This document shows, one piece after another, positions 30,462 to 40,028 of a stretch of 64,000 nucleotides of DNA (its first letter is position 1; every line of letters starts with the position of its first letter). The notes below the pieces were generated by a model that did no database searches, was not told the origin of the DNA, and saw only the letters and a program-made list of their open reading frames with translations. This stretch comes from Candidatus Hadarchaeota archaeon (GTDB lineage Archaea; Hadarchaeota; Hadarchaeia; Hadarchaeales; JAWBSP01), in the NCBI GenBank assembly GCA_964474885.1, contig CAYYWO010000001.1, positions 102,722 to 166,721 on the forward strand, given 5' to 3'. The position numbers and the translations under genes are program-made.

Positions 30462-30522
30462 ACTCAGCGGAATTTAACCCTACGACGAGGAAGGCAGACG
30501 GAAAAATGTGGCGAAAGGGAAA

Positions 30523-30800
30523 ATGACCTTGAACTCTTTTAGGATGGCTGAGCGGGCGTACGGACTGTTTAAGGCAAGGCGACCAGTTGGTGATGTGGAC
30601 GAGATGCTCAAGATGGTAGGGCTGGAACTCTAGGTGTTTGACTTTTGCCTGCTTACGTGGATGTGAATGCCATTGTGTACTTGGCTGATTTCTGATTTGT
30701 TCATGGGAAAAGAGCGATGTGGGGCGTTATGGACCGGAAACGGCTCGGCGTCACGGGCACGGAGACCCTCTCGGCGAATAAGGACTTTTGACCGCGAGCC
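30523..30800 (+). pseudogene. Probable decayed VapBC-like toxin-antitoxin remnant
   Basis: Short ORF ...AERAYGLFKARRPVGDVDEML, then LPAYVDVNAIVYL* (PIN-like start) and a later IRTFDRE fragment in another frame. Confidence 0.4.
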
Positions 30801-31281
30801 ATTGTCAGGAGTTTTGAGGGCTTTTAATGTCAGTCACCCACCTTCAGACCAGAAAACTTGGGTTCAAAATGAAAAGAGCTCTTTTTGAGTCTCACCGTTT
30901 AAAAATGATGGAAAGGACAATGAGGAAGGTTCCGTTTATTGACTGCATATTTCGACTCTATCAGGTGGATCCTCAAAAGCGATCTCTCGGACTGGCATTC
31001 TGTCAGAAGGAACTCAGGAGGTTGGGCGAGGTTTATAGACACCAGCTATTCATTCGCCTAACAAGCCGGAGGCTCTCAAGCCCGCCATCAAGAAGAAACG
31101 AGGTAATCTGACCGCCGACGTGAGTGAGGGATCGCAGGTTGGCTTAGTTCAGTCTCTGGTAGCCGATGGGCTCAAGCAGAGGCGAAAACTCTGCTGAACC
31201 AACGTTTGGTCGTGGAGGCAAGCCTCCGCTGAAAAACCTGGAAGCTTAGACAGTGATAATAAACCCGGCGGGAGGGTTTTT

Positions 31282-32676
31282 ATGGAGGTCGATGTTTTTG
31301 ATCACGGGACCTTTCTTTCGCCCTTTACTTGGAGGTACGGAAGCCGCGAGATGCGGGAGATTTTCTCCGAGATCACCAAGCGCAGGCTCTGGAGGAAAGT
31401 TTGGTTGGCCCTTGCCGAGGCGCAGGCTGAATGCGGACTCGTAACGCAGGAGGAGCTTGAGGAGATCAGGTCAGCTGTCGAAAGGGTTGACCTGACGAGG
31501 TCCCATGAAATTGAGAGGGAAGTGGGACACGATTTGGTTGCCGAGCTGCGGGCCTTCGCTGAGCAGTGCCCCAAGGCAGGAGGAAAGTTGCATGTGGGAG
31601 CTACCTCGATGGACATAGAGGATAATGCGGATGTGCTCAGGTTCAGGCAGGCTCTGGGTCTAATTCTCAAGAGGTTGAAGGGGTGCCTACAGATTTTGGC
31701 CCGACTTGTGCAGGAACACAAGGGCCTCGTTTGTATGGCATATACGCACCTGCAGCCTGCGGAGCCCACCACACTTGGTTACCGGTTCGCTCTGTATGCC
31801 CAAGACTTAATGCTCGATGCCCAGTTGCTTCTGTACATCCGAGATCACTACCTGAAGGGTAAGGGGATGAAGGGGGCGGTCGGTACTTCGGCCAGCTTCA
31901 AGTGGATTGCTGACCCCGAGAAGCTGGAGAAGGAGGTGATGCGGAAGTTGGGTATCCAGGCTTACCCGATAGCTTCTCAGACCTACCCGAGGAAACTCGA
32001 CTACCTCCTGTTAGCCTCCCTCGCGAGCCTGGCGCAGAGCCTGTACAAGTTTGCCTGCGACCTCCGGCACCTCCAACAGCTGGGGGAGGTCTCGGAGCCC
32101 TTCGGGGGGAGACAGATAGGGTCCTCCGCCATGCCCTTCAAGCGGAACCCCGTGCTTTCCGAGCGCATGTGTTCCCTCTGCAGATACGTGTCCGTTCTCC
32201 CCCAGGTGGGCTGGGAGAATGCGGCCCAGAGCGTCTTAGAGCGAACTCTAGATGATTCCGCAAACAGGAGGGTGATCATTCCAGAGGCCTTTTTGGCGGT
32301 GGACGAGTGCCTCCTTCTCCTGCACAAAGTCCTCTCAGGCTTGGGGATCAACAGGCAGAAAATAGCCGAGAACCTGCAAAAGTTCGGCCCTTTTGCCTCA
32401 CTTGAGCCCCTGCTCTTGGAGCTGGTGAAGCGTGGTTACAACAGGCAGGAGATGCACGACAAACTCAGGGACATCTCCATAAGGGCTTGGGAGAGGGTAG
32501 ACAAGGGGGAGCCCAACCCCCTTTTTGGGATGTTGCGGGAAGATGAGGTGATCGGAAAGCTGGAAAATCTCGGAGAAATCGTGAAAATCGAGAACTATGT
32601 CGGGGATGCCGAGAAGAGATGTGAGAAGTGGCTGGAGCAAGAGCTCGAGCCTTTCCTGAAGCAAATCGAGGACTAG
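31282..32676 (+). CDS. purB: Adenylosuccinate lyase
   Basis: RYGS, HVGATS, YTHLQPAEP, GSSAMPFKRNP. Confidence 0.96.
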   Translation: MEVDVFDHGTFLSPFTWRYGSREMREIFSEITKRRLWRKVWLALAEAQAECGLVTQEELEEIRSAVERVDLTRSHEIEREVGHDLVAELRAFAEQCPKAGGKLHVGATSMDIEDNADVLRFRQALGLILKRLKGCLQILARLVQEHKGLVCMAYTHLQPAEPTTLGYRFALYAQDLMLDAQLLLYIRDHYLKGKGMKGAVGTSASFKWIADPEKLEKEVMRKLGIQAYPIASQTYPRKLDYLLLASLASLAQSLYKFACDLRHLQQLGEVSEPFGGRQIGSSAMPFKRNPVLSERMCSLCRYVSVLPQVGWENAAQSVLERTLDDSANRRVIIPEAFLAVDECLLLLHKVLSGLGINRQKIAENLQKFGPFASLEPLLLELVKRGYNRQEMHDKLRDISIRAWERVDKGEPNPLFGMLREDEVIGKLENLGEIVKIENYVGDAEKRCEKWLEQELEPFLKQIED

Positions 32677-32677
32677 C

Positions 32678-33265
32678 ATGCAAAATCAGAGAGAGCGGAT
32701 CAGGGCGAGGTACAAGGAGCTCAGGGCGAGGCTGAGCCCCCAGGAGATCAGCTCGAGGAGCGAGAGGGTTAGGAGGAACCTACTGCACCTACCCGAGTTC
32801 GAGAGGGCAAACTGTATCGGGATCTACCTCCCAAAACCCGGTAGCGGGGAGGTGGATACCTTTCCGCTTCTCGAGCTCGCGGAGGAGAAGAAGATTCTGG
32901 TACCCTGGGTGGATCCGGTTAGGGACAGGATCTTTTTCTCCGAGGTCTCAGGCCCCTCCGACTTGGAGCCAGGATTCTTTGGGATTCCCGAACCCAAGCC
33001 CCAGCGGAGGAAACCCGTCAAAGCGGAGGAGATGGACGTGGTGCTCGTGCCAGGGATATGTTTTGATCTAGAAGGGAGGAGGCTGGGTTTTGGAAGAGGA
33101 TACTACGACAGGTTCTTGGCTGAGTACTACCAGTGGCCGGGCTCACTTGCAATCGGGGTGGCATACGAGTTTCAGGTGCTGGAAAAGCTCCCGGAAGGAT
33201 CCAGTGACCAGAGGGTTAGCATTTTGGTTACAGATGAGTGCATTAGGTATGTCGCAAATCGATAG
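32678..33265 (+). CDS. 5-formyltetrahydrofolate cyclo-ligase
   Basis: EVDT, GIPEP, VLVPG..FD..G.RLGFGRGYYDRFL. Confidence 0.93.
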   Translation: MQNQRERIRARYKELRARLSPQEISSRSERVRRNLLHLPEFERANCIGIYLPKPGSGEVDTFPLLELAEEKKILVPWVDPVRDRIFFSEVSGPSDLEPGFFGIPEPKPQRRKPVKAEEMDVVLVPGICFDLEGRRLGFGRGYYDRFLAEYYQWPGSLAIGVAYEFQVLEKLPEGSSDQRVSILVTDECIRYVANR

Positions 33266-34244
33266 GCATCAAATGAAAGAGAAGATCTTGGCGTTCCCAG
33301 ACATGCTCGAGAAGGCATTGAAGGATCCCGCCCCCTCCTTACCGTCTGCATCCAGTGTTGTAGTGGCGGGTATGGGAGGATCAGCGATCGTGGGAGATGT
33401 GCTCAGGGATTGGCTTGAGCCTCCCTTCAAGATGGAGGTCTGCAGGGGATATCACCTGCCTTCCTGGGTTTCTCCGAGTACCCTGGTTGTGCTGATCAGC
33501 TACTCTGGCATGACGGAGGAGACGCTGAGTTGCGCTCGAGAGGCACTCAGGCAGGGGGCAAAGATAGTAGGGATATCCTCTGGTGGGGAGCTGCCCAAGC
33601 TCTTGCTGGATCACCCCTGTCTGACAGTTCCATCGGGCTTTCCTCCTAGAGCCGCTTTCCCCTACCTCTTCGGCTCGGCCGTTAGGGTGCTTCAGGGTGC
33701 TGGACTCCTCCCAAAAGAGAAGATGACCGAGATACAGGAGGCTCTCACGGTGTTGCGCGGTTTGAGGCAGAGCTGGGATGAGATGGCAAACATTGCGGGG
33801 GGCATGCTGGATAAGATGGTCTTCATTTATGCACCTCCCGGTTTTGAGTCCGCAGCCCTGAGATGTAAGACCCAGCTCAACGAGAATAGCAAGGTGTCTG
33901 CTAAGGTCGAGAGTTTTCCCGAGCTTTGTCACAACGAGATAGTCGGGCTGAGGTCAGTCCCAAACAACGTCTGCTTTGTTTTTCTCCGAGACGGGCTGGA
34001 GGAGAAAAGGATCAAGGTGAGAATCGAATTCACAAAGAGGTTGGTGAGTGGCAGGAAGGTGATGGAACTCTGGTCCAAAGGGGAAGGAAAGCTGGCGAGG
34101 TTACTTTCTCTCATCTTTCAGGGGGACATGATTTCTTATCACTTGGCAATCCTGCGTGGTGTGGATCCGACGCCTGTGGATGAGATTACAGAGCTGAAAC
34201 GCATCCTAGCCGAAACTCCTGATGGAGATCCAGCAGATAACTGA
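33249..34244 (+). CDS. Bifunctional phosphoglucose/phosphomannose isomerase
   Basis: GMGGSAI, SYSGMTEET, PPRAA, QLNENSK, PELCHNEI, GVDPTPV; start revised to ATG 33249. Confidence 0.93.
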   Translation: MSQIDRHQMKEKILAFPDMLEKALKDPAPSLPSASSVVVAGMGGSAIVGDVLRDWLEPPFKMEVCRGYHLPSWVSPSTLVVLISYSGMTEETLSCAREALRQGAKIVGISSGGELPKLLLDHPCLTVPSGFPPRAAFPYLFGSAVRVLQGAGLLPKEKMTEIQEALTVLRGLRQSWDEMANIAGGMLDKMVFIYAPPGFESAALRCKTQLNENSKVSAKVESFPELCHNEIVGLRSVPNNVCFVFLRDGLEEKRIKVRIEFTKRLVSGRKVMELWSKGEGKLARLLSLIFQGDMISYHLAILRGVDPTPVDEITELKRILAETPDGDPADN

Positions 34245-35373
34245 AGGAGAAGTAAAGCTGTATGTACCTTCCCTGACCTCCTATCAGACTCCAACCGGTG
34301 ACTACGCACCCTCTCTGGCACCAGTTTTCTATAATCCTCACATGGAGCTCAGCAGAGATCTTTCGATCCTGGCCATTCAGGTTTACGCGGGGAAATACCC
34401 CCAGCTGAAGATATGTGATCCGTTGGCGGGAGTCGGGGTTAGGGGGATCAGGTATGCTAAGGAGGTCAAAGGGGTCTCGCAGGTTGTGCTCAATGACAGG
34501 TCTTCAATAGCTCTGGACTTCATAAAGAAAAATGTCGAGCTGAACGCCTTGACTAATGTGAGAGTAGAAAACCTAGATGCCAACGTTTTGCTTTCAGCCG
34601 AGCGCTTTGATGTCATAGATTTGGATCCATTCGGCTCCCCCGCACCCTTTATTGACTCCATTTGCAGGGGGTTGAGACCCAAAGGGCTTTTGCTCGTCAC
34701 AGCGACGGACACCGCGCCCTTGGCTGGAAGGGGAGAGAGAGCCTGTTTCAGAAAATATGCAGCCAGGCCTCTCAGAACCGAATACAGCAAGGAAAACGGC
34801 ATAAGAATCCTGATAGGTTTCATCGTGAGGGAGGCCGCTAGATTCTCGCTGGCTCTTGAACCAGTGTTCGCGCACGCCACCCGCCACTATTTTAGAGTTT
34901 TTCTTTCCGGGATCCGCAGACGCGGGGAGACGGATAGAGTTTTGAGGGAGATAGGTTGGATATTGCACTGCTTCAGTTGCGGGAGAAGGAAAGTGCTCCG
35001 CGGCATTGTACCTGGGGCTGAGAGGTGTGAGTGCGGGGCCAAGCCTTCTCTGTCCGGCCCTCTTTGGGTGGGCCCCCTCTGGAAGAAGCAACTGGTGGAT
35101 GAGATGATGCTGGAGCTGGGGAGAAAGAACTACAGACTCAAGACTGAGGAAATGAAACTGTTGAGGCTCATATCCTCCGAGTGTGAGGGTCCAGCGACTT
35201 TTTATAGTTTGCATAAACTGTGCAGCCTTATCAGGGCTTCCCCACCCAGAATGGAGCGCATCCTGAAGGTGCTCAGATCTATGGGATTTTTTGCCTCCAA
35301 AACTCACTTTGCTCCCGATGGCATACGGACGGACGCACCAGTGGAAGAGATCTTAAAGATAATAAAAACTTAG
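34222..35373 (+). CDS. trm1: tRNA (guanine-26-N2)-dimethyltransferase
   Basis: VFYNPHM..SRD, GVRGIRY, DLDPFGSP, TATD, HYFRV, THF....RTDA. Confidence 0.95.
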   Translation: MEIQQITEGEVKLYVPSLTSYQTPTGDYAPSLAPVFYNPHMELSRDLSILAIQVYAGKYPQLKICDPLAGVGVRGIRYAKEVKGVSQVVLNDRSSIALDFIKKNVELNALTNVRVENLDANVLLSAERFDVIDLDPFGSPAPFIDSICRGLRPKGLLLVTATDTAPLAGRGERACFRKYAARPLRTEYSKENGIRILIGFIVREAARFSLALEPVFAHATRHYFRVFLSGIRRRGETDRVLREIGWILHCFSCGRRKVLRGIVPGAERCECGAKPSLSGPLWVGPLWKKQLVDEMMLELGRKNYRLKTEEMKLLRLISSECEGPATFYSLHKLCSLIRASPPRMERILKVLRSMGFFASKTHFAPDGIRTDAPVEEILKIIKT

Positions 35374-35957
35374 GGCATAAACCCCCTCCCTATCAAGTAT
35401 ATCTCAGCGCTCCCCTTTCTCGACGCTTTTGGTTTGGTCGCTTTTGAAAATTCGAAATGCTGGTCAAATTCTCGCTTGAATTCTAGGAACTTCTCCCCCT
35501 GAAAGATCTTGAGAAGCGCGCATCCCCCTTCTCTCAACACGCGCTTACAGATCTTCAGGGCCGCTTGGCAGAGCTCGACTGATTTGAGGTGATCAACATC
35601 CCAGACCCCGGATATGCGGGGGGAGGCGTCAGATAACACAACGTCTGCTTTCCGTGGGAGGTGGGACAGGATGAGATCAGGAGTGTTCGGGTCAAGCAAA
35701 TCCGCCTTAATCGAGAGCAGATTGTATTTGGGAAACCTCCTTATTGGCAACACATCCACACCCAGGACAAGTCCAGTCTCCCCGACTACTTGTCCCGCGA
35801 CCTGCATCCATCCTCCGGGTGCTGCACCCAGGTCCACCACTACGTCTCCCTTCTTCATTAGCCGGTACCTCTTATTGATCTCCAAGAGCTTGAAGGCAGC
35901 CCTACTCCTGTAGCCCAGCTCTCTTGCCATACGTCTGAACCCATCAGCCTTCTGCAA
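35370..35957 (-). CDS. rlmE: 23S rRNA 2'-O-methyltransferase RlmE/FtsJ
   Basis: YRSRAAFKL, DLGAAPGGW, SDASP, KPKASR..SAEIY. Confidence 0.95.
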   Translation of the reverse strand: MQKADGFRRMARELGYRSRAAFKLLEINKRYRLMKKGDVVVDLGAAPGGWMQVAGQVVGETGLVLGVDVLPIRRFPKYNLLSIKADLLDPNTPDLILSHLPRKADVVLSDASPRISGVWDVDHLKSVELCQAALKICKRVLREGGCALLKIFQGEKFLEFKREFDQHFEFSKATKPKASRKGSAEIYLIGRGFMP

Positions 35958-36372
35958 TTTTCCACTCCTTTCCCCTTAGCCCGATCGTTTTCATTCCCCG
36001 ATGGACCTCCCGCATTAGGAGGCTGGGGTCGGATGAAAAGAATAGGTGACTTTTGCACTTACAGTCGCTGCAGCCAAAGCGCTCTATGTAGGGGAGCTTT
36101 TTGGAGAGTTCCTCCGCTAGCTGGCATTCTTTCCGTTCTTGAGTCTCAACAACTATGATGTCATACGGAACGGCACGTAGCAAAAGGTAGTCTATATGCC
36201 AGTAGAGCTTCTTTTCCCTCTTCAGGTGCCTTCTTACCCTTTGCTCGATTCCCCCCATTGCGGATCCGACATAGGCATAGAATCCGCGCTTGAAGTGCAC
36301 CTCCCCTAATCCACCTATAGGGATCGAGAGGTCGAAAGGTACCCTCAGGAATAGCACATAAATTCCCTTCAT
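35944..36372 (-). CDS. GIY-YIG (DUF123) nuclease-family protein
   Basis: KGIYVL, YAYVGSA, WHIDY, FGCSDCKCKSHL. Confidence 0.9.
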   Translation of the reverse strand: MKGIYVLFLRVPFDLSIPIGGLGEVHFKRGFYAYVGSAMGGIEQRVRRHLKREKKLYWHIDYLLLRAVPYDIIVVETQERKECQLAEELSKKLPYIERFGCSDCKCKSHLFFSSDPSLLMREVHRGMKTIGLRGKEWKIAEG

Positions 36373-36659
36373 GGGCTAAGCGAATCCCTGTACCTGCTCT
36401 CATCTCTCTCCACCCAGAACTCGTGTCCGGAATAAAGTATCTCCACCTCTAAGGTTGCCAGCTTCTCTAGGCTTTCGAAGAGCGCTTTATCACCACCTCC
36501 CGGGAGATCCGTCTTTCCAACACCGCCACAGAAAAGGTCTCTTGAGAAGAGCGTTTTAAGTTTGGACTCGTAGAGACAGAAGCTCCCCTTAGTATAGCCC
36601 GGCGTATGGACAACATGGGAAGTTAAATCTCCCATTTTTACCTCCTCGCCGTCCCTCAA
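36369..36659 (-). pseudogene. Truncated MBL-fold hydrolase (C-terminal half)
   Basis: HTPGYTKGS (canonical HTPGHT), LFSRDLF (canonical FSGDTLF), GKTDLPGG, YSGHE; the N-terminal HxHxDH is absent. Confidence 0.7.
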
Positions 36660-36810
36660 CTCTCATTTCAACCCTGTCATCCTCTTTCGCCTGAACATCT
36701 TCGCGCAGGAGATCCCATCATTACCCTTCTCCAGGACATCTCTTCCAGTTTGGAGAAGCCCTCTCAGCTATCTCTATACTTTTGGCATCTTCAATTTAAC
36801 GGCTAAGAGA

Positions 36811-37731
36811 TTACTCCAGCTCTATGTCTAGGTTGAGTTTCTCCGCTATTTCCTTGTATCGATTTCTTACCGTGACCTCAGTAACCCTAGCCACGTTCGC
36901 GATCTCCCGCTGGGTGCGCTTTTCACCACATAACACACAGGCGATGTAGAGGGCAGCGGCAGCCACACCTGTGGGCCCCCTGCCTGAGGTCAATCCAAAC
37001 GGAGCGCACTTTTTGAGGATTTCTTGTGCCTTGGCGACAACCTCTCCAGACAGACCTAACTCAGCTGCGAACCTAGGTACGTAGTCCGAAGGGGAGCTGG
37101 CGGGGGTCTTCATCAGCTGCCTGATGATGAACCTATAGCTCCTGCCTATCTCCTTTTTGCTCACGCTCGAGACCTCGGCAATCTCGTCCAGCGTCCTGGG
37201 TATCTTGCATTGTCTGCATGCCGCGTACAGTGCAGCAGCAGCGACCCCCTCGATGGATCTACCCCTGATCAACCTCTCTTCGACCGCCTTCCGGTAAATG
37301 TAGGAGGCAACTTCTTTCACGTCCTTGTGGAGGTTCAGGAGGCCGCACATGCGCTCTATTTCTCCTAGGGCGAAGGTCAGGTTCCTGTCCACCGCATCCC
37401 CTATGCGGATTCTCCTCTGCCATTTCCTCAGCCGGTATATCTGCGCCCTGCGTCCGGCGGTCAGCTCCTTCCCGTAACTGTCCTTGTCTCTCCAATCGAT
37501 CATAGTTGATAGTCCCTTGTCGTGAATGCTTAGAGTCATAGGGGCACCAGTCCTCCCCTTAGTTTTATCCCTTCCCATCATCCTCCAGTCCGGACCGGCA
37601 TCTAGAAGCCGGTCGGTGATAACGTATCCACAGTTTGCGCAGACTACTTCTGCGTGCTCATAATCCCGTATTAGTCGTTTTCCCCCGCAGCGAGGACAAA
37701 CACTCTCTTCAGCTTCTGGAGCTCCTCTCAT
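36811..37731 (-). CDS. tfb: Transcription initiation factor IIB
   Basis: Zn ribbon CPRC...CANC, HDKGLST, RLRKWQ, two cyclin repeats, [12 protein letters not shown]. Confidence 0.97.
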   Translation of the reverse strand: MRGAPEAEESVCPRCGGKRLIRDYEHAEVVCANCGYVITDRLLDAGPDWRMMGRDKTKGRTGAPMTLSIHDKGLSTMIDWRDKDSYGKELTAGRRAQIYRLRKWQRRIRIGDAVDRNLTFALGEIERMCGLLNLHKDVKEVASYIYRKAVEERLIRGRSIEGVAAAALYAACRQCKIPRTLDEIAEVSSVSKKEIGRSYRFIIRQLMKTPASSPSDYVPRFAAELGLSGEVVAKAQEILKKCAPFGLTSGRGPTGVAAAALYIACVLCGEKRTQREIANVARVTEVTVRNRYKEIAEKLNLDIELE

Positions 37732-37796
37732 TTGAATCCCCGACTAACAAAGTGACAGTAATCCTTAAAAGCTTTTCTGTTCGTCAATAGTTAAAC

Positions 37797-38018
37797 CTAC
37801 CTAATGTATATAGTCTTGCCCACAAAATTCTTTAAATCTACTCCCTTGGCTCCCTTGATTCTCACATAGGGGTGTGAGACCGGGCCGAAGACGTCGATGA
37901 TGTTTCCTATCCTCTTCCCGTTCCGGTCAAAGATCGCTTGGCCCATTTTAGGTTCCACTTCAAACCTACCTACACCCCCGTTCGGTGTTATGTGTAGCAG
38001 TCTACCAGCTTTTTTCAT
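37797..38018 (-). CDS. gar1: H/ACA RNP protein Gar1
   Basis: IGNIIDVFGPVSHPYV; conserved position upstream of tfb. Confidence 0.9.
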   Translation of the reverse strand: MKKAGRLLHITPNGGVGRFEVEPKMGQAIFDRNGKRIGNIIDVFGPVSHPYVRIKGAKGVDLKNFVGKTIYIR

Positions 38019-38392
38019 TCTATTAATACCGCGTTAACAACTGGCTCCTGCCCTGGTCTCCCTGTTACCCTGGCCTTGCCTATCTCAGTTTGAATTATTG
38101 CTCCACGAGTAATAGTCTGGGTTCGTGTGAAGTCCCTACCCGCGGGGTTTTCAATCACCCGGAGGATCTTTGCTTTTCTTGTATTGCCTGAGGAATCAGA
38201 GACATTAGCATACTCAACCGAAAGAAGTCGCAACTTCATCCGGCCGCCCCTCACCCGCTTCTTCATCACCTTTTTGGGTCCAAGTCGCACAGGGACGAAA
38301 TCCCCACCTATTTCTCTCTTTCTTTTCTTCCTCCACGGTCTGATGCGACCGCCACTGGGCTTCGTTAATGACCTCCCCTGCCAAGTTGCCAT
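38015..38392 (-). CDS. rps8e: 30S ribosomal protein S8e
   Basis: WQGRS..KPSGG, RKKRKREIG, ITRGAII.T..G.A.VT.RPGQ. Confidence 0.96.
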   Translation of the reverse strand: MATWQGRSLTKPSGGRIRPWRKKRKREIGGDFVPVRLGPKKVMKKRVRGGRMKLRLLSVEYANVSDSSGNTRKAKILRVIENPAGRDFTRTQTITRGAIIQTEIGKARVTGRPGQEPVVNAVLIE

Positions 38393-38569
38393 TTTTGGAT
38401 TGTTCCTTGGTCTAAATAATCAGATGCGGGTTTAGAGGCTAAACTGAAAGTAAATATGCCTAGGTGAAGCTGACTTGGGGTCCTTGGATAATCGATCGAA
38501 TCTTTCGCGCCCGATTTGGGATCTTCGTTTGTGATGGCGGGTTAGTTTGAGAGCAAGAGCGAATGAGGA

Positions 38570-39277
38570 TTAAGCTAGCCCTATCGCTATCCAGTAAACG
38601 CCCGTGTTCCAGACTGAGCCAGCCCCTCTTCCATCTTCCTGAACGTAAATACGGAAGGAGGTCGTAGTCACATCATACGCCTGGACCCAAATGTTCTCTG
38701 AGGTTTCGGCAGGATTTTCTAGCGTGAGCAGAACTGTTGGTTTTTGGGAGAAGGGCACCGGGAAGTTTATAGGAGCCGTGACCCCCTCGCCCGAGAGCCC
38801 AGTGGTGACACGTCCCCACTGAATCAACAGTGTACCGAACTTGGCATAATTTTCCTCGATTCCTGGCATCTCGAGTAGCTCGAGCGTCCCCTCTACTATG
38901 AGGTCACCATTCACCCAGACTTTGTCCCACTGAAATCTAAACTTCTCGATTTGCCAGCTAACAGGTGGAGGTGTGTAAATATATCCACAAGGTGAGGTCA
39001 TCCTCAGATTACCACTAATCTCAAGTTTCTCGGCTGGGTTTTGGACACCTATTCCCAGTTTTCCCTGGATGCCCAAGTTAGCCCCCACTTTGACCGTGTT
39101 TTCGATCAAGATTCTGCCTGAGCCTGATGAAAGTCTTAAGGTCAGATTCTTGCCGCAGTTCGGATTTGTTCCAACCGTAGTGTTTTCAAAGCAAATGTTC
39201 TCGTAGACAGTGCTGGGTCCCGAAAGTGAGACAGAAAGGATCAATAGCAGTCCAATCAGAAAAGCGGCACGCCTCAT
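38570..39277 (-). CDS. Secreted protein with tail-fibre-like repeat and C-terminal gp53-like/H-lectin-like domain
   Basis: Signal peptide MRRAAFLIGLL; GKLGIGVQNPAEKLEISGN; FGTLLIQWG...FPVPFSQKP.V...WIAIG; ATGA overlap with the upstream gene. Confidence 0.72.
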   Translation of the reverse strand: MRRAAFLIGLLLILSVSLSGPSTVYENICFENTTVGTNPNCGKNLTLRLSSGSGRILIENTVKVGANLGIQGKLGIGVQNPAEKLEISGNLRMTSPCGYIYTPPPVSWQIEKFRFQWDKVWVNGDLIVEGTLELLEMPGIEENYAKFGTLLIQWGRVTTGLSGEGVTAPINFPVPFSQKPTVLLTLENPAETSENIWVQAYDVTTTSFRIYVQEDGRGAGSVWNTGVYWIAIGLA

Positions 39278-40026
39278 GTTCCCTCCCCCACGGCTATCCA
39301 GTTGATGAATACATCCCAAGAGTCGGATGGCGGGGAGATGTCACCGTCCCTTTGTTCCCACACTTTAAAGCCCCTTTTCGTAACAGAGGCAACCTGGATC
39401 CAGTAATCAAAGGAGTTCGGGTCTAGGTAGTTCGTCACATCCGCCGTGACGGCCACGCTGGGAGTGCTCTTGAATTCCCGTGGGAAAGTTATGGAGTAGT
39501 AGCCTTCATCGCTCAATCCTGTTCTTTGTCTGCCCCACTGGAGGAGCAAGGGCCCTATTTTCACCCAGTAAGCCTCGCCGGAGGTGTTGACATTGTACTT
39601 GCTCACCATGCCCTCCTCTTTGAAGCTAGTCATCAGGAGTCTCCCCAAAACGTTTAACCTGTGTATCTTCGTCCCTTCCCTCGAGACCGACAGCAGAACC
39701 TCGTCCCAGTTACCGAGCATGGTGATCTCTCCGTAAATGAAAGAGTTTGGATTGGCAAATTTCACCTTCCCGCAAACTTCCAGCCCTTGAATGGTACCCG
39801 TTGAGCCTATGCCCACCCTGCTCCCCGCGATTAGGTCGCCAGATATCGAGACAGAACTCTGTTCGATCTGCAGGACACCTGAGGGGGATGTCAGCCAGAG
39901 CCTAGGGGCTCGCAAGGTGGTGTTCTCGATGGAGATGTTCTCCCCGTCCACTTGGAACAGAGCATCTGAGAGCTTGACCATCAACAGCAGGCTGATTAAG
40001 CAGATGAGACAATATAACTTTCGCAT
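39274..40026 (-). CDS. Paralogous secreted tail-fibre-like protein
   Basis: Signal peptide MRKLYCLICL; SRVGIGSTGTIQGLEVCGK; IGPLLLQWG...FPREFKSTP.V...WIAVG. Confidence 0.72.
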   Translation of the reverse strand: MRKLYCLICLISLLLMVKLSDALFQVDGENISIENTTLRAPRLWLTSPSGVLQIEQSSVSISGDLIAGSRVGIGSTGTIQGLEVCGKVKFANPNSFIYGEITMLGNWDEVLLSVSREGTKIHRLNVLGRLLMTSFKEEGMVSKYNVNTSGEAYWVKIGPLLLQWGRQRTGLSDEGYYSITFPREFKSTPSVAVTADVTNYLDPNSFDYWIQVASVTKRGFKVWEQRDGDISPPSDSWDVFINWIAVGEGT

Positions 40027-40028
40027 TT

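Noticed and set aside
38393-38569. SRP RNA, which often flanks rps8e in archaea
   Set aside because: The gap is only about 175 nt and I could not find the conserved helix-8 motif on either strand.
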